A stretch of 64,000 bases of DNA from the NCBI GenBank assembly GCA_040380025.1, contig JBEIJY010000011.1, positions 1,077-65,076 on the forward strand, written 5' to 3'. Source of the stretch: Bdellovibrionales bacterium (GTDB lineage: Bacteria > Bdellovibrionota > UBA1018 > CAIMNF01). The notes beneath the pieces are model-generated. The model had not been told where the DNA came from, did not search any database, and worked only from the letters and a program-made list of their open reading frames with translations. Shown in pieces: positions 52,342 to 62,321 of this stretch (position 1 is the first letter of the stretch; every line of letters starts with the position of its first letter). Both the position numbers and the translations under genes were made by a program.

Positions 52342-53370
52342 ATGAGTGTGCATCTCGAAATCGAAGAAAAGGGAAAGTCCGCCCTCGTGCGGATCGAGCA
52401 GGCCGGGAATCTCGAAGAGCTGGACGCGTGCCGGGTCTCGGCGCTCGGAAAAAAGGGCGCTTTGAGCGAGGCCCTGAAGCAACTGGGGCAAGTCCCGCCC
52501 GAGGAGCGCCCGAAGCTCGGGGCCCTCGCCAACGAATGGAAGGCCCGCCTTGAGGCCGCCATCGAGGCGCGAAAATCCCTGCTCGAAGAAAAGAAAATCG
52601 AAGAAGACCTGAAAAAAACCCGCATCGATGTGACTCTCCCTGCGCGAAAAGTCCACCGGGGTTCGCTCCATCCGATCACCGCGACCATTCGCAAGATCTC
52701 CGAGACGCTCGGACGCATCGGCTTCGATGTGACCACCGGCCCCGAAGTCGAGACCGACTTTATGAACTTCGAGGCGGTGAACATCCCGAAAGATCATCCC
52801 GCCCGCGACATGCAGGACACGTTTTTTCTCGGGCCCGGAGTGGTGCTTCGCTCGCAGACCTCCCCCGTGCAAATGCGCACCATGCGCGAACAGGGCTGGC
52901 CGGTGCGGATTCTCTGCCCGGGGGCCGTGTATCGCTGCGATTCCGATGCCACCCACTCGCCGATGTTCCATCAAATCGAGGGCCTCTGGGTCGATCGCAA
53001 GGTCTCGATGGCCGACCTGAAAGGCGTGCTCGATTTTTTTGCAAAAGAGACCTTCGGCTCGCAGGTCAAGGTCCGGCTTCGTCCGAGTTATTTTCCCTTC
53101 GTCGAGCCGGGGGCCGAGGTCGATGTGAGTTGCGCGATTTGCGCCGGACGCAACCCCCATTGCCCGGTCTGCAAGGGAACCGGCTGGCTCGAAATCCTGG
53201 GTGCCGGCATGGTGCACCCGCGGCTTTTTGAGCTTGCAGGCTACCAGCCGCACGAGGTGAGCGGGTTCGCATTCGGAATGGGCGTCGAGCGGATCGCGAT
53301 GCTTCTGCATGACATCCCCGATCTTCGTCTGATGTTCCAAGGCGATCAGCGGTTTTTAGGCCAGTTTTAG
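52342..53370 (+). CDS. pheS: phenylalanine--tRNA ligase alpha subunit
   Basis: Class II motifs (HPARDMQDTFF, FRPSYFPFVEPG, GFAFGMGVERIAML). Start ATG 52342. Confidence 0.95.
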   Translation: MSVHLEIEEKGKSALVRIEQAGNLEELDACRVSALGKKGALSEALKQLGQVPPEERPKLGALANEWKARLEAAIEARKSLLEEKKIEEDLKKTRIDVTLPARKVHRGSLHPITATIRKISETLGRIGFDVTTGPEVETDFMNFEAVNIPKDHPARDMQDTFFLGPGVVLRSQTSPVQMRTMREQGWPVRILCPGAVYRCDSDATHSPMFHQIEGLWVDRKVSMADLKGVLDFFAKETFGSQVKVRLRPSYFPFVEPGAEVDVSCAICAGRNPHCPVCKGTGWLEILGAGMVHPRLFELAGYQPHEVSGFAFGMGVERIAMLLHDIPDLRLMFQGDQRFLGQF

Positions 53371-53394
53371 CGAGCACGAAAGAGCAGACACAAC

Positions 53395-55854
53395 ATGAAA
53401 ATCTCGTACAAATGGATCAATGAATGGGTCGATCTGAGCGACATCGCGGGGCCTGCGGCGCTCGCCGAGCTGTTGACGGCGCGGGGGCTCGAGGTCGAGA
53501 GCATCCAACGGCAAGATGAGGGCCTCGAGAAGGTGATCTCGGCGCAGATCATTCTAAAAGACAAGCACCCCGAGGCCGATCGCCTCTCGCTCTGCAAGGT
53601 GAATCCGGGCGGCGGGGCCGAGTACCTCGACATCGTCTGTGGTGCGCAGAACATGAAGGTCGGCGATGTGGTGGCGCTTGCCCAGATCGGGGCGAAGCTC
53701 CCGAACGGCATGAAAATCGAAAAAGGAAAAATCCGCGGAGCGGTGTCGATGGGCATGCTCTGCTCGGAGTCCGAGCTCGGGTTCGCAAAAGAATCCGATG
53801 GGATTCTGATTCTTCCGCCCAAGACCCCGGTCGGCTGGAAGCTCGCCGATGTGCTCGGACTCGATGACACGATTCTCGAGATCAAGCTCACCGCGAACCG
53901 CGGCGATTGCCTGAGTCATCGGGGCATCGCACGCGAAGTGGCGGCCGCTCTCAGAAAGCCCCTGAAATCCCCGAAAGTCACCGAATTCCGCGCGAGCGGA
54001 TCGCCGATCCGGGTCGAGCTCGAGGCAGGCGCGGATGCTCCACGATTCTTCGGGGCCCACATGACGGGCGTGAAAGTAAAGCCCTCGCCCGAGTGGCTGA
54101 AGGCGCGGCTCGAGTCGATCGGTCAGCGGTCGATCAATAACCTGGTCGATGCCAGCAATTACTTAATGTTCGAATACGGATTCCCCGTTCACATTTACGA
54201 CGCCGACAAGCTCGAAGGCGGCGTGATTCGCGTGTGCCGTTCCAAAGCAGGCGAGAAGCTTCCGCTTCTCGATGGCGGCGAAGTCGAGCTTACCGGCGAA
54301 GAACTCGTCATCGCCGATGGCGCGAAGACCGTGGGTCTTGCGGGCGTCATGGGCGGCGGGAACTCCGAGGTCAGTGACGACACCAAGAACGTGTTCTTGG
54401 AGTGTGCGGAGTTTCATCCCACACTGGTCAGAAGGGCGGCCTTCCGCTTTGGTCGAAGATCAGAGGCCTCTTTGCGTTTTGAAAAGGGAATCGACCCCGA
54501 AGGCCACCGCGAGGCGATCGGCCGGCTCATCGATTTGGTGGCAAAGCTCGCCGAGGGCGAGTGCACGGGCGGGAGTGCTGCCGAAATCCCGATGACTGCG
54601 GGCAAAAAAACGGTCGTTACCAGTGGAGCCTTCTTGAACGGGTTCCTCGGAACCGATGTTTCGGTCGAAACGATGGTCTCGATCTTCGAGTCGCTCCATT
54701 GCCGGGTGAACCGAAACGACGATGAGCTCGAGCTTACGGCGCCGAGCTACCGGCTCGATTTGAATCTTCGCGAGGACTATGCCGAGGAGCTTGCCCGGAC
54801 GATCGGGTATGATGCGATTCCGACCACGATTCCCGCTTTGAGCGGAATGCCGAAGAGCCGGAAGTCCGACCCGAGAAGACATCGTGCACAGGTGATTGAT
54901 CGGGTGAAGGATATCCTGGCAAGCGAGGGTTTGCATGAGGTGCTCACCTATGCGTTTCAGAGCGAGACCTGGCTTTCGCGGTTTGGCATGCGCTCGACTG
55001 CGCGGATTTTGAATCCGCTCTCCGAAGAGCAGGGCTACCTGGTGCCGTCGCTTCTGCCCGGCATGCTGAAGGCGTTTCAAGAAAACGAGCGGCATCATTT
55101 CGGGTCGGAGCCCCTTTCGGTGCGCCTCTTCGAGGTGCGCCCCGTGTTCTCGGCGCGTGCCGAGGCGATCGAGGCGGTGGGCGAGTCCGAAACGGGCGTG
55201 GTCGAAAAAATGCGGGTGTCGCTTCTTTTGAGCGGTCCCCGGTTTGATCAGGCCTTAAAGAGCGAACGCGGAGAGGTTGATTTTTTTGACCTGAAGGCCG
55301 TGGTCGAGTCGCTCTTAGAACAACTCCGCACCAAGGGCATCCGCACCCGGGTTGGCGACTCGAAGCTCCTCGGGGAGTCGGTGCGGCTCTTCCACCCCGG
55401 GCAGAGCTTGCAGTTCTCGGCCGGCAAGGACCCGATCGGTTGGATCGGACGGATTCATCCCAAGCTCGAAAGCGAGCTCAAGCTCTCGCGGCCGGTGTTT
55501 TGGGGAGAACTCGATTTGGAGCCTGTCATTTCTTTGACGCCAGAAAAGGAAGTCTCGTTCAAGGCATGGTCGGGATTCCCGACCGTGGAGCGCGATTATG
55601 CGCTCTTGGTCGATGATGGGGTGGCGGCCGAAAATCTGGTGCAAAGTGCGTTAAAGAGCGGGAAGCCGATTGCAAAAGTCATAAAGATTTTTGATACTTA
55701 TAAAGGTTCTCCCGTACCGGAAGGAAAGATCAGCATCGGAATCCGGGTGATTTTTTCGGACGAGTCGAAGAGCCTGGAAGAAAAGCAGGTCGATCAGTGT
55801 TCCGAACTGATCGTAAGGAAGTGGAGCGAGGAGTTCGGAGCAAGCTTGAGATAA
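53395..55854 (+). CDS. pheT: phenylalanine--tRNA ligase beta subunit
   Basis: MKISYKWINEWVDL start, tRNA-binding, B3/4, B5 and FDX-ACB domain order. 819 aa. Confidence 0.95.
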   Translation: MKISYKWINEWVDLSDIAGPAALAELLTARGLEVESIQRQDEGLEKVISAQIILKDKHPEADRLSLCKVNPGGGAEYLDIVCGAQNMKVGDVVALAQIGAKLPNGMKIEKGKIRGAVSMGMLCSESELGFAKESDGILILPPKTPVGWKLADVLGLDDTILEIKLTANRGDCLSHRGIAREVAAALRKPLKSPKVTEFRASGSPIRVELEAGADAPRFFGAHMTGVKVKPSPEWLKARLESIGQRSINNLVDASNYLMFEYGFPVHIYDADKLEGGVIRVCRSKAGEKLPLLDGGEVELTGEELVIADGAKTVGLAGVMGGGNSEVSDDTKNVFLECAEFHPTLVRRAAFRFGRRSEASLRFEKGIDPEGHREAIGRLIDLVAKLAEGECTGGSAAEIPMTAGKKTVVTSGAFLNGFLGTDVSVETMVSIFESLHCRVNRNDDELELTAPSYRLDLNLREDYAEELARTIGYDAIPTTIPALSGMPKSRKSDPRRHRAQVIDRVKDILASEGLHEVLTYAFQSETWLSRFGMRSTARILNPLSEEQGYLVPSLLPGMLKAFQENERHHFGSEPLSVRLFEVRPVFSARAEAIEAVGESETGVVEKMRVSLLLSGPRFDQALKSERGEVDFFDLKAVVESLLEQLRTKGIRTRVGDSKLLGESVRLFHPGQSLQFSAGKDPIGWIGRIHPKLESELKLSRPVFWGELDLEPVISLTPEKEVSFKAWSGFPTVERDYALLVDDGVAAENLVQSALKSGKPIAKVIKIFDTYKGSPVPEGKISIGIRVIFSDESKSLEEKQVDQCSELIVRKWSEEFGASLR

Positions 55855-55875
55855 AGCGGGAGTGGAGGAGGCACC

Positions 55876-56226
55876 GTGGCATTGACGAAAGCAGATTTGG
55901 TAGATTCGATTCACGAAAAAATCGGTTTTTCGAAGAAAGAAGCGTCTGACATCGTCGAGTTGATTTTTGACACGATGAAGACCGCACTCTCGGATGGCGA
56001 CAAGATCAAGATCTCGGGATTCGGAAACTTCGTCGTCCGCGAAAAGCGCGCGCGCACGGGACGCAACCCCCAGACCGGTCAGGCGATCGAGATCTCGGCT
56101 CGGCGAGTGCTGACCTTCAAGCCCTCGCAGGTGCTGCGATCCGAAGTGAACGACACCCTCTCGGGCAAGCCCATCACCGAAGAGATGATTCGCAGGCGCA
56201 ATCAAAAAGAAGAAGACGAGGCCTGA
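55876..56226 (+). CDS. ihfA: integration host factor alpha / HU-family DNA-binding protein
   Basis: LTKADLVDSI...GFGNF.VREK.ARTGRNPQTG. GTG start with GGAGGAGG SD. Confidence 0.85.
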   Translation: MALTKADLVDSIHEKIGFSKKEASDIVELIFDTMKTALSDGDKIKISGFGNFVVREKRARTGRNPQTGQAIEISARRVLTFKPSQVLRSEVNDTLSGKPITEEMIRRRNQKEEDEA

Positions 56227-56228
56227 CC

Positions 56229-56663
56229 GTGGTGCAGATTCCGGGGAGGATTTTTTTCAGGATCGGCGAGGTCGCAGACATCCTGGGCCTCAAGACGTAT
56301 GTCATCCGGTATTGGGAGGGGGAGTTCCCCTTCTTGACGCCCCAAAAAGGTGCTTCCGGCCAGCGCGTGTACCAGCGGTCGCAGATCGAGATGCTCGTCC
56401 TCGTGAAGCACTTGCTTTACATCGAGCGCTACTCGATCGAAGGGGCGAAAAAGAAAATCGCGGAGCTCCGGAAAACCGGGAACCTCCGTCAGACGCTGAA
56501 TCAGCTTTTGCAACAGCCCGATCCGGGCGTGATCGGTCCGGGTTCGATCATCGCGAAGGACCGCATCGCCGTGCTCGAAAAAAAGGCCCGCGAGCTCCAG
56601 GAACTCATCCGCGACCCGAAGGCCGCAGGACTCGACGTCCCCGGATTAAAACCCACGCAGTAA
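56229..56663 (+). CDS. MerR-family transcriptional regulator
   Basis: FRIGEVADILGLKTYVIRYWEGEF..L.P.K..SGQR.Y HTH. Follows ihfA by 2 nt. Confidence 0.8.
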   Translation: MVQIPGRIFFRIGEVADILGLKTYVIRYWEGEFPFLTPQKGASGQRVYQRSQIEMLVLVKHLLYIERYSIEGAKKKIAELRKTGNLRQTLNQLLQQPDPGVIGPGSIIAKDRIAVLEKKARELQELIRDPKAAGLDVPGLKPTQ

Positions 56664-57602
56664 GAGTTCGATGACTTTTCCCGCAAGAGTCGCATTCCCG
56701 TGCACGCGTTCGAGCTGTACCAGCAGCCCCGGGCTCGTGATGTTGTAGTCCGAGATCTTCTCTTCGATCAGATCGACCGCCGCGAGCGCGATTCCCTGGC
56801 TCTTCAGCGAGCCCCCGATTCGGGACGCGATCGCTCGCTCCCGCGGGTTCGGCATGTGCGCTTCGATCCGGGAACCCTGGTCGATGAGCACCCGAAAATC
56901 TCCCGCTTTCGGGAATTTTTTTAACGCCGCCACGAATTCCCCCATCGCAAACCAAAGGCGCACCTCTCCGGTCATCACCGCAGGAAGATATTCCTCGACT
57001 AGGAGGGGATTCGTGAAATCCGCGGTTTCGGTCCGGATTTGCCCGAGGAACCCGCCAAAATCGAGAGTGCGCTCGAAGCGCTCCACCCCGATGCTTTGCG
57101 CGAGGTTCATCGGTTTTTTGACCCAAGGGCCCTGTGAGGCAAGGTTCAAGAACGCCGCGTGAGCCTCTTGCTCGTTTCGGATGATCTGATGTCGAGGGGC
57201 GAGATCGAGCAGGTCGGGCGGCGGGAGCTTCTCGCTCTGGAAGGCGATGAGATCGGGCGGGTTCAGGATTTGCCCGGGATGCACGCCCTGCTGTTTCAGG
57301 TCTTCCAAAAGCGCCCGATACGATTCATCGACCGGAGGATCGATGCGGTAATGAATTTGCGAGAACGCCTCGACCGGCAGGACCATCGATGCGTCAGGAT
57401 TCCCTGCATCGGGAAAGGGAATGACCCGAAGATGTCCTCGGGGCGCGTCGAGCAAAAGCGCGGGACTGCTCCAGTAAGAAGGAATCGATCGATTCCACGC
57501 TTCAGAGCCCAAGCGGAGCGTGGTATCCTGTCCGAGATCGAGGGTTTCCCACGGATCCGTGATCCAAAGCAGGGAAAAGTTCACCGATGGATTTTGCACC
57601 AT
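56646..57602 (-). CDS. gshB: glutathione synthetase (ATP-grasp)
   Basis: ORF trimmed to ATG 57602. GshB-like N-domain (ITDPWETLD..DTT..L..EA) and ATP-grasp C-terminal half. Confidence 0.75.
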   Translation of the reverse strand: MVQNPSVNFSLLWITDPWETLDLGQDTTLRLGSEAWNRSIPSYWSSPALLLDAPRGHLRVIPFPDAGNPDASMVLPVEAFSQIHYRIDPPVDESYRALLEDLKQQGVHPGQILNPPDLIAFQSEKLPPPDLLDLAPRHQIIRNEQEAHAAFLNLASQGPWVKKPMNLAQSIGVERFERTLDFGGFLGQIRTETADFTNPLLVEEYLPAVMTGEVRLWFAMGEFVAALKKFPKAGDFRVLIDQGSRIEAHMPNPRERAIASRIGGSLKSQGIALAAVDLIEEKISDYNITSPGLLVQLERVHGNATLAGKVIELLLRGF

Positions 57603-57621
57603 GAGGGAAGGGTACGGAAGA

Positions 57622-59463
57622 ATGGGTTTTTTGAGTAGCTCAAAGTCGTTCTTTCTCGGCGCGGGGTTTGTTGCCGGATTGGCCGGAATCGCGGGAATCG
57701 GCTGTGGTTCCCGTCCGCCGGTCACGGCGAATGAGGACTACTCGGGCGAGATGCGGCTCCGGCGTCCCGATGCGAGCAAGGTCGGACAGGGCGAGGGTGT
57801 CCGCTTGTCGGAGGCGCTCAAGAAGAATCTTTCTGAAGAGACGCCCGCGGGCAAGCCCGAAAAAAAGCGCGAAGACCTGCTGAATTACCTCAAAAAATCG
57901 CGCAACTCCGCCAAGACTTCTTTTTATGCCGAGTGCGAGAAGAAATTCGATGCCGCCCCCGAGTGCGCCTTTTTGAAGCCAGGATGGTCGGAATTGTTTT
58001 TTGAGGACGAGACCCTCGTCGAAGAGGGTGAGAGCGAAACCGCGCTCAAGGTCTCGCAGCGGGGCACGAAGACCAAGCTCCCGGCCTCGCTTCGGAACCG
58101 CCACGCCCACGTGATCGCAACCATTCAGCAGAATCTTACAAAGGGAATCGTCGAGCGTCAGGAGGGGCAGGTCGAGGGCGATTATTACCGCGCGCTGAAA
58201 CGCTTCGACTCCTGGACCCCTGAGCTCGAGGAGCTCTCGAAACGGCTGGTGCGCCAGTCGTGCTCGGACCCCGAGTTGTATGTTTATCTGGGACTCAAGG
58301 CCGAGGAGTATTTTCCGAACGAAGAGATGGTGACCCGCGCGCTCGAGCTGTACCGCAAGAGCGATGAGTGTGAGTCCACCGCTGGTGCAAGCAAGTATCT
58401 TCAGCTCGGGCGGTTCCGGCTCGGGCTTCTTTCGATTCTGCGGAATGACTGCAAAGAGGCGAGGCCCGTGTTCCAGCGCCTCGCACGAATGGGTGTTAGC
58501 GACTATTCCACCCGCGCCCTTTACTGGGGGGCCTACTGCGCCCGCTCGGAGTCCAAAAAAGAAGACTTCTTTGAGAACTTCGATCTTCTGTTTCGCACGA
58601 ATCCCCTTGGGTTCCACACGCTCTCGATCAACAACGGCGATTCCGTCCTGGTCGAGAACCTGAGCTCTCCGATCGATCCGGTGGTGCTGAGACGCACCTC
58701 GCAGGAGGGCCACTTCAATCTTTGGATCCGCCTGATCGAGGAATACGACCGCAGGGGCGATTCCGGCATGGTCCGGTCGCTGCTGTTGCCCGCGCGGAAG
58801 AATCCCGAGTCCTTGCTCCGGCTCGAGGCCGGCGTGCGGCTGTATCTTGCGACCTTCGCGTATCGTGCGCGCGACATGATCTCGCTCTTTCGGATGCTCG
58901 ACAGCGTGTTCCGCACCCAGTCCGAGTATGTGGTCGATTCGACGCTGAAGCTGTTTTACCCACTGAAGCATCTCGATCGCATTACGGCCCATGCCGGCCG
59001 CTTGAATCCGCTCCTGATCGCAGCACTCATCCGGCAGGAGAGCGCCTTTCAAGAAGACGCGCGCTCGAGAGTGGGGGCCACGGGACTCATGCAGCTCATG
59101 CCCGCGACCGCGCGGCTCATGGACCGGAAGGTGACGAAGAAGGATCTCGTTCGGCCTGAGGTGAACATCCGCCTCGGAATCCGGTATTTTCAGATGCTGG
59201 TGGATCGTTTCGATGGCGATGTCGAGCTTGCGCTCGCCTCGTACAATGCGGGAAGCGAAGTGGTCGAGCGCTGGAGACGGCGGTACCCGACCCGAAACCG
59301 GCTTTTGTTCTTGGACCTTATGCCCTACGCCGAAACCCGCAATTATGTGACCTTGATCGGTCGCAACTATTATTGGTATTCGAAGATCTACGGAGACCAG
59401 GTCCGGGGGCCCGAGATGTCCCGCGCGGGGGATGCCGAGTTCCAGGGCCTGAAGAGCCAGTGA
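57622..59463 (+). CDS. soluble lytic murein transglycosylase (Slt family)
   Basis: C-terminal catalytic ESAF....S..GATGLMQLMPATA and YNAG motifs. N-terminal signal/lipobox-like GIGC. Start is 57622 or 57601. Confidence 0.85.
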   Translation: MGFLSSSKSFFLGAGFVAGLAGIAGIGCGSRPPVTANEDYSGEMRLRRPDASKVGQGEGVRLSEALKKNLSEETPAGKPEKKREDLLNYLKKSRNSAKTSFYAECEKKFDAAPECAFLKPGWSELFFEDETLVEEGESETALKVSQRGTKTKLPASLRNRHAHVIATIQQNLTKGIVERQEGQVEGDYYRALKRFDSWTPELEELSKRLVRQSCSDPELYVYLGLKAEEYFPNEEMVTRALELYRKSDECESTAGASKYLQLGRFRLGLLSILRNDCKEARPVFQRLARMGVSDYSTRALYWGAYCARSESKKEDFFENFDLLFRTNPLGFHTLSINNGDSVLVENLSSPIDPVVLRRTSQEGHFNLWIRLIEEYDRRGDSGMVRSLLLPARKNPESLLRLEAGVRLYLATFAYRARDMISLFRMLDSVFRTQSEYVVDSTLKLFYPLKHLDRITAHAGRLNPLLIAALIRQESAFQEDARSRVGATGLMQLMPATARLMDRKVTKKDLVRPEVNIRLGIRYFQMLVDRFDGDVELALASYNAGSEVVERWRRRYPTRNRLLFLDLMPYAETRNYVTLIGRNYYWYSKIYGDQVRGPEMSRAGDAEFQGLKSQ

Positions 59464-59479
59464 GCGGAACAGGATCATC

Positions 59480-61162
59480 ATGAGAGACAATTCCACCATT
59501 CTGCATCGACTGAAACTCTGGGCCCATGACCAACCGGTCAGCCAGGCTCTCTGCTTTCGTGAAGACGAGTCGGGCTGGTCTTCGATCAGCGCCTCGGGCT
59601 ACTGGCGACAAGTGGTGCGCTTTGCGGTCGCGCTGAAGGACTTTGGCGTTCAACGCGGGGATCGCGTGTTTTTGTACGCGTCGAATTCTCCGGAGTGGGT
59701 GCAGTGGGAGCTCGCCGTCTGGCTTTCGGGGGCAATCTCGGTCGGAGTTCCTCCGCACTTGGGCGCAGACGAGCTCAGGAGCATGGTGGGGCAGAGCTCG
59801 CCCGCACTCGTGCTCGTCGAGTCGGACGCCCATCGCGCCACCCCCGGGTGGGAATCGGTCGATCCTTCTTTGATGCTGACGTTTCATGAGGTGCTCGAGC
59901 GCATGCTCGGGCTTAGGGGATGGTCCGATGACGAGCTCGAAGAGCGGGGTTCGATCTTGCTCTCGCGTTTGAATCCCGACGACACTGCGATGATTCTGTT
60001 CACCTCCGGAAGCATGGGCACTCCGAAGGGCGTGAAAATGGGACTTTCCCAGCTCACCTTCGTTGCCGATGTGCTGTCGCGGGAGTGGCGCCTCCCGTAC
60101 ATGGACGGACGGCTGTTTTCGTTTTTGCCGCTGGCCGGTGTGGCCGAGAAGATCCAGACCCTGGCTGTTGCGATCAATCAGCGGTACCCGGTCTGGTTCA
60201 ATTCGAGCTACGAGCGGTTTTTCCCGGAGCTTCGGGAGGTCCGGCCGTCACTTTTGCTTGCCGTGCCGAGAGTCTGGGAGCGAATCAAAGAAGAGGCCGA
60301 GAACGGAAAACCCAAGCTTTTTCAGCGCCTCATGGAAGTCGAGCGCGTCGGGCGTTTTGCCGAGAAGCTGTACTTGGGCCAGGTCCGCGAGCAGCTCGGG
60401 CTCGATCAGCTGCGCTTTGCCGTATCGGGAGCGGCGAAACTCCCCCCGACGACTGGCGAGTGGTTCCGCAAGATCGGAATCGACATTCAGGAAATTTACG
60501 GCATGAACGAATCCTGCGGGCTGATCGCGCTCACGCATCCTCCGCGCCGCGAATACCGTTCCGTCGGGCGGGCTCCGGTCGGAATCGAGCTCCGGATCGC
60601 GATGGACGGCGAGATTTTGCTTCGCGGGAAGAACGTCTTCCAGGGCTATTGGAACAACGAAGAGGCGACGCGCGAGGTGCTTCTGCCGGATGGCTGGCTT
60701 AAGACGGGTGATCTCGGAGAGCTTCGTCCCGAGCTGATGATCCTCGGGCGGAATCACGACATCATCAAGCTCTCGAGCGGCCGTATGGTTGCGCCTCTTC
60801 CGATCGAGAATGCGCTGAAGGAGCTTCCCGAGATCTCGAACGCCTGTGTGGTGGGCGAGGGGAAGTCCTCGGTTCTTGCCCTTCTGACGTTAAAGGAGCA
60901 GGTGCTGGTCGACTTGCGGTTCACTCCGGGGGCGATCGAGGGACTTACGGTCGAGGACGAAACCTTGAAGGCCAGAATCCGCAGTCAGATCCGGATGCTT
61001 TATGAGCAAAAGAGGCTTCCGGAGCGGGTGGACCGCTTCGTGATCCTCTCGCGCGATTTCTCGCAGGATCAAAAAGAGCTGAAGCAAACGCAAAAAATCG
61101 ACCGTGCGAAGATCCAGCAGTCCTTCCGGCATTTCATCGATTTGCAGTTCGAGGTAAGCTGA
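59480..61162 (+). CDS. AMP-dependent acyl-CoA synthetase (long-chain fatty acid--CoA ligase family)
   Basis: AMP-binding motif ILFTSGSMGTPKGV and GWLKTGDLG. Confidence 0.85.
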   Translation: MRDNSTILHRLKLWAHDQPVSQALCFREDESGWSSISASGYWRQVVRFAVALKDFGVQRGDRVFLYASNSPEWVQWELAVWLSGAISVGVPPHLGADELRSMVGQSSPALVLVESDAHRATPGWESVDPSLMLTFHEVLERMLGLRGWSDDELEERGSILLSRLNPDDTAMILFTSGSMGTPKGVKMGLSQLTFVADVLSREWRLPYMDGRLFSFLPLAGVAEKIQTLAVAINQRYPVWFNSSYERFFPELREVRPSLLLAVPRVWERIKEEAENGKPKLFQRLMEVERVGRFAEKLYLGQVREQLGLDQLRFAVSGAAKLPPTTGEWFRKIGIDIQEIYGMNESCGLIALTHPPRREYRSVGRAPVGIELRIAMDGEILLRGKNVFQGYWNNEEATREVLLPDGWLKTGDLGELRPELMILGRNHDIIKLSSGRMVAPLPIENALKELPEISNACVVGEGKSSVLALLTLKEQVLVDLRFTPGAIEGLTVEDETLKARIRSQIRMLYEQKRLPERVDRFVILSRDFSQDQKELKQTQKIDRAKIQQSFRHFIDLQFEVS

Positions 61163-61166
61163 TTCC

Positions 61167-62300
61167 ATGAACACGGGACTGGTTCTGACAGGGGGAGGAG
61201 CCCGGGCCGCATATCAGGTGGGAGTGCTTGAGGCGATCGCAGAAATCACAGGCACGCGGGAGTCACCGTTTCGGATCATTACGGGCGTTTCAGCGGGTGC
61301 CATCAACGGGGCCTACCTTGCCTCGCGGGCCGACCGGTTCGATCTTGCGGTCCGGGATCTTTCGACTCTTTGGCGGAATCTTCATTCTGAAAGCGTGTAC
61401 CGGTCGGATCCAGTTTCGGTTGCCTCGCTCGGATCACGCTGGCTTAGAACGCTCGGATTGGGTGGATTTGGTGGAACACGCGCCAATCATTTGCTGAGCA
61501 CCCGGCCCCTGCGAGAACTCCTGGAGCGCGAGCTCTCGCTCGAAAAGGTTCCTGAATTCATCCGGAGCGGCATTTTGAGGGGGGCTGCGTTTTCGGCCAC
61601 GAATTATCTGACCGGCACTGCGATCAGTTTTTTCGATGGAGACGAATCGGTGGAGCCCTGGGTCCGTTCGACCCGGCTCGGGGTGCGCTCGAGGCTCACG
61701 GTAGATCATGTGATGGCTTCGAGCGCGATTCCGGTTTTTTTTCCGCCCGCGCGAATCGAAGGCGCCTTGTACGGCGACGGCTGCATCCGGCTCACCTCGC
61801 CGGTGAGTCCCGCGATTCACCTCGGCGCGGATCGCATTTTATGCGTGGGAATCCGGTATTTTCGGACGAACGAGCAAACTGTGGAGCTGAACCGGACGCT
61901 CACCCGCGAGGAGCTCTCGATTGCCGAGATCGGCGGAGTGCTCCTGAATGCTGTTTTTTTGGATTCGCTCGAAACCGACATCGAGAGGCTGGAGCGGATC
62001 AACCGCACCATCTCCTTGATGTCCGATGAACAGAAGTCACGCCTTGCCTCTCCCTTGAAGATCATTCCGGTGATGACGCTTCGGCCGAGTCGCGATCTCG
62101 GCCAGCTTGCCTCGGGAGCGCTGAGGGAGTTTCCCTCGCTGATTCGCTTTTTGCTTCGTGGGGTCGGTGCGAAGGAGGATCAGGGCTGGGACCTGGTTTC
62201 GTATCTGGCGTTTGAACAATCGTACACCACGCAACTCGCGGATCTCGGCTACGAGGATACGCTCGCCCGGCGCGGGGAGATCTCGGATTTTTTCGCCTGA
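61167..62300 (+). CDS. patatin-like phospholipase
   Basis: GGGARAAYQVGVL oxyanion motif, GVSAGA nucleophile elbow, DG catalytic Asp. Confidence 0.85.
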   Translation: MNTGLVLTGGGARAAYQVGVLEAIAEITGTRESPFRIITGVSAGAINGAYLASRADRFDLAVRDLSTLWRNLHSESVYRSDPVSVASLGSRWLRTLGLGGFGGTRANHLLSTRPLRELLERELSLEKVPEFIRSGILRGAAFSATNYLTGTAISFFDGDESVEPWVRSTRLGVRSRLTVDHVMASSAIPVFFPPARIEGALYGDGCIRLTSPVSPAIHLGADRILCVGIRYFRTNEQTVELNRTLTREELSIAEIGGVLLNAVFLDSLETDIERLERINRTISLMSDEQKSRLASPLKIIPVMTLRPSRDLGQLASGALREFPSLIRFLLRGVGAKEDQGWDLVSYLAFEQSYTTQLADLGYEDTLARRGEISDFFA

Positions 62301-62321
62301 TGGCTTGGATGGAATCAGAAT

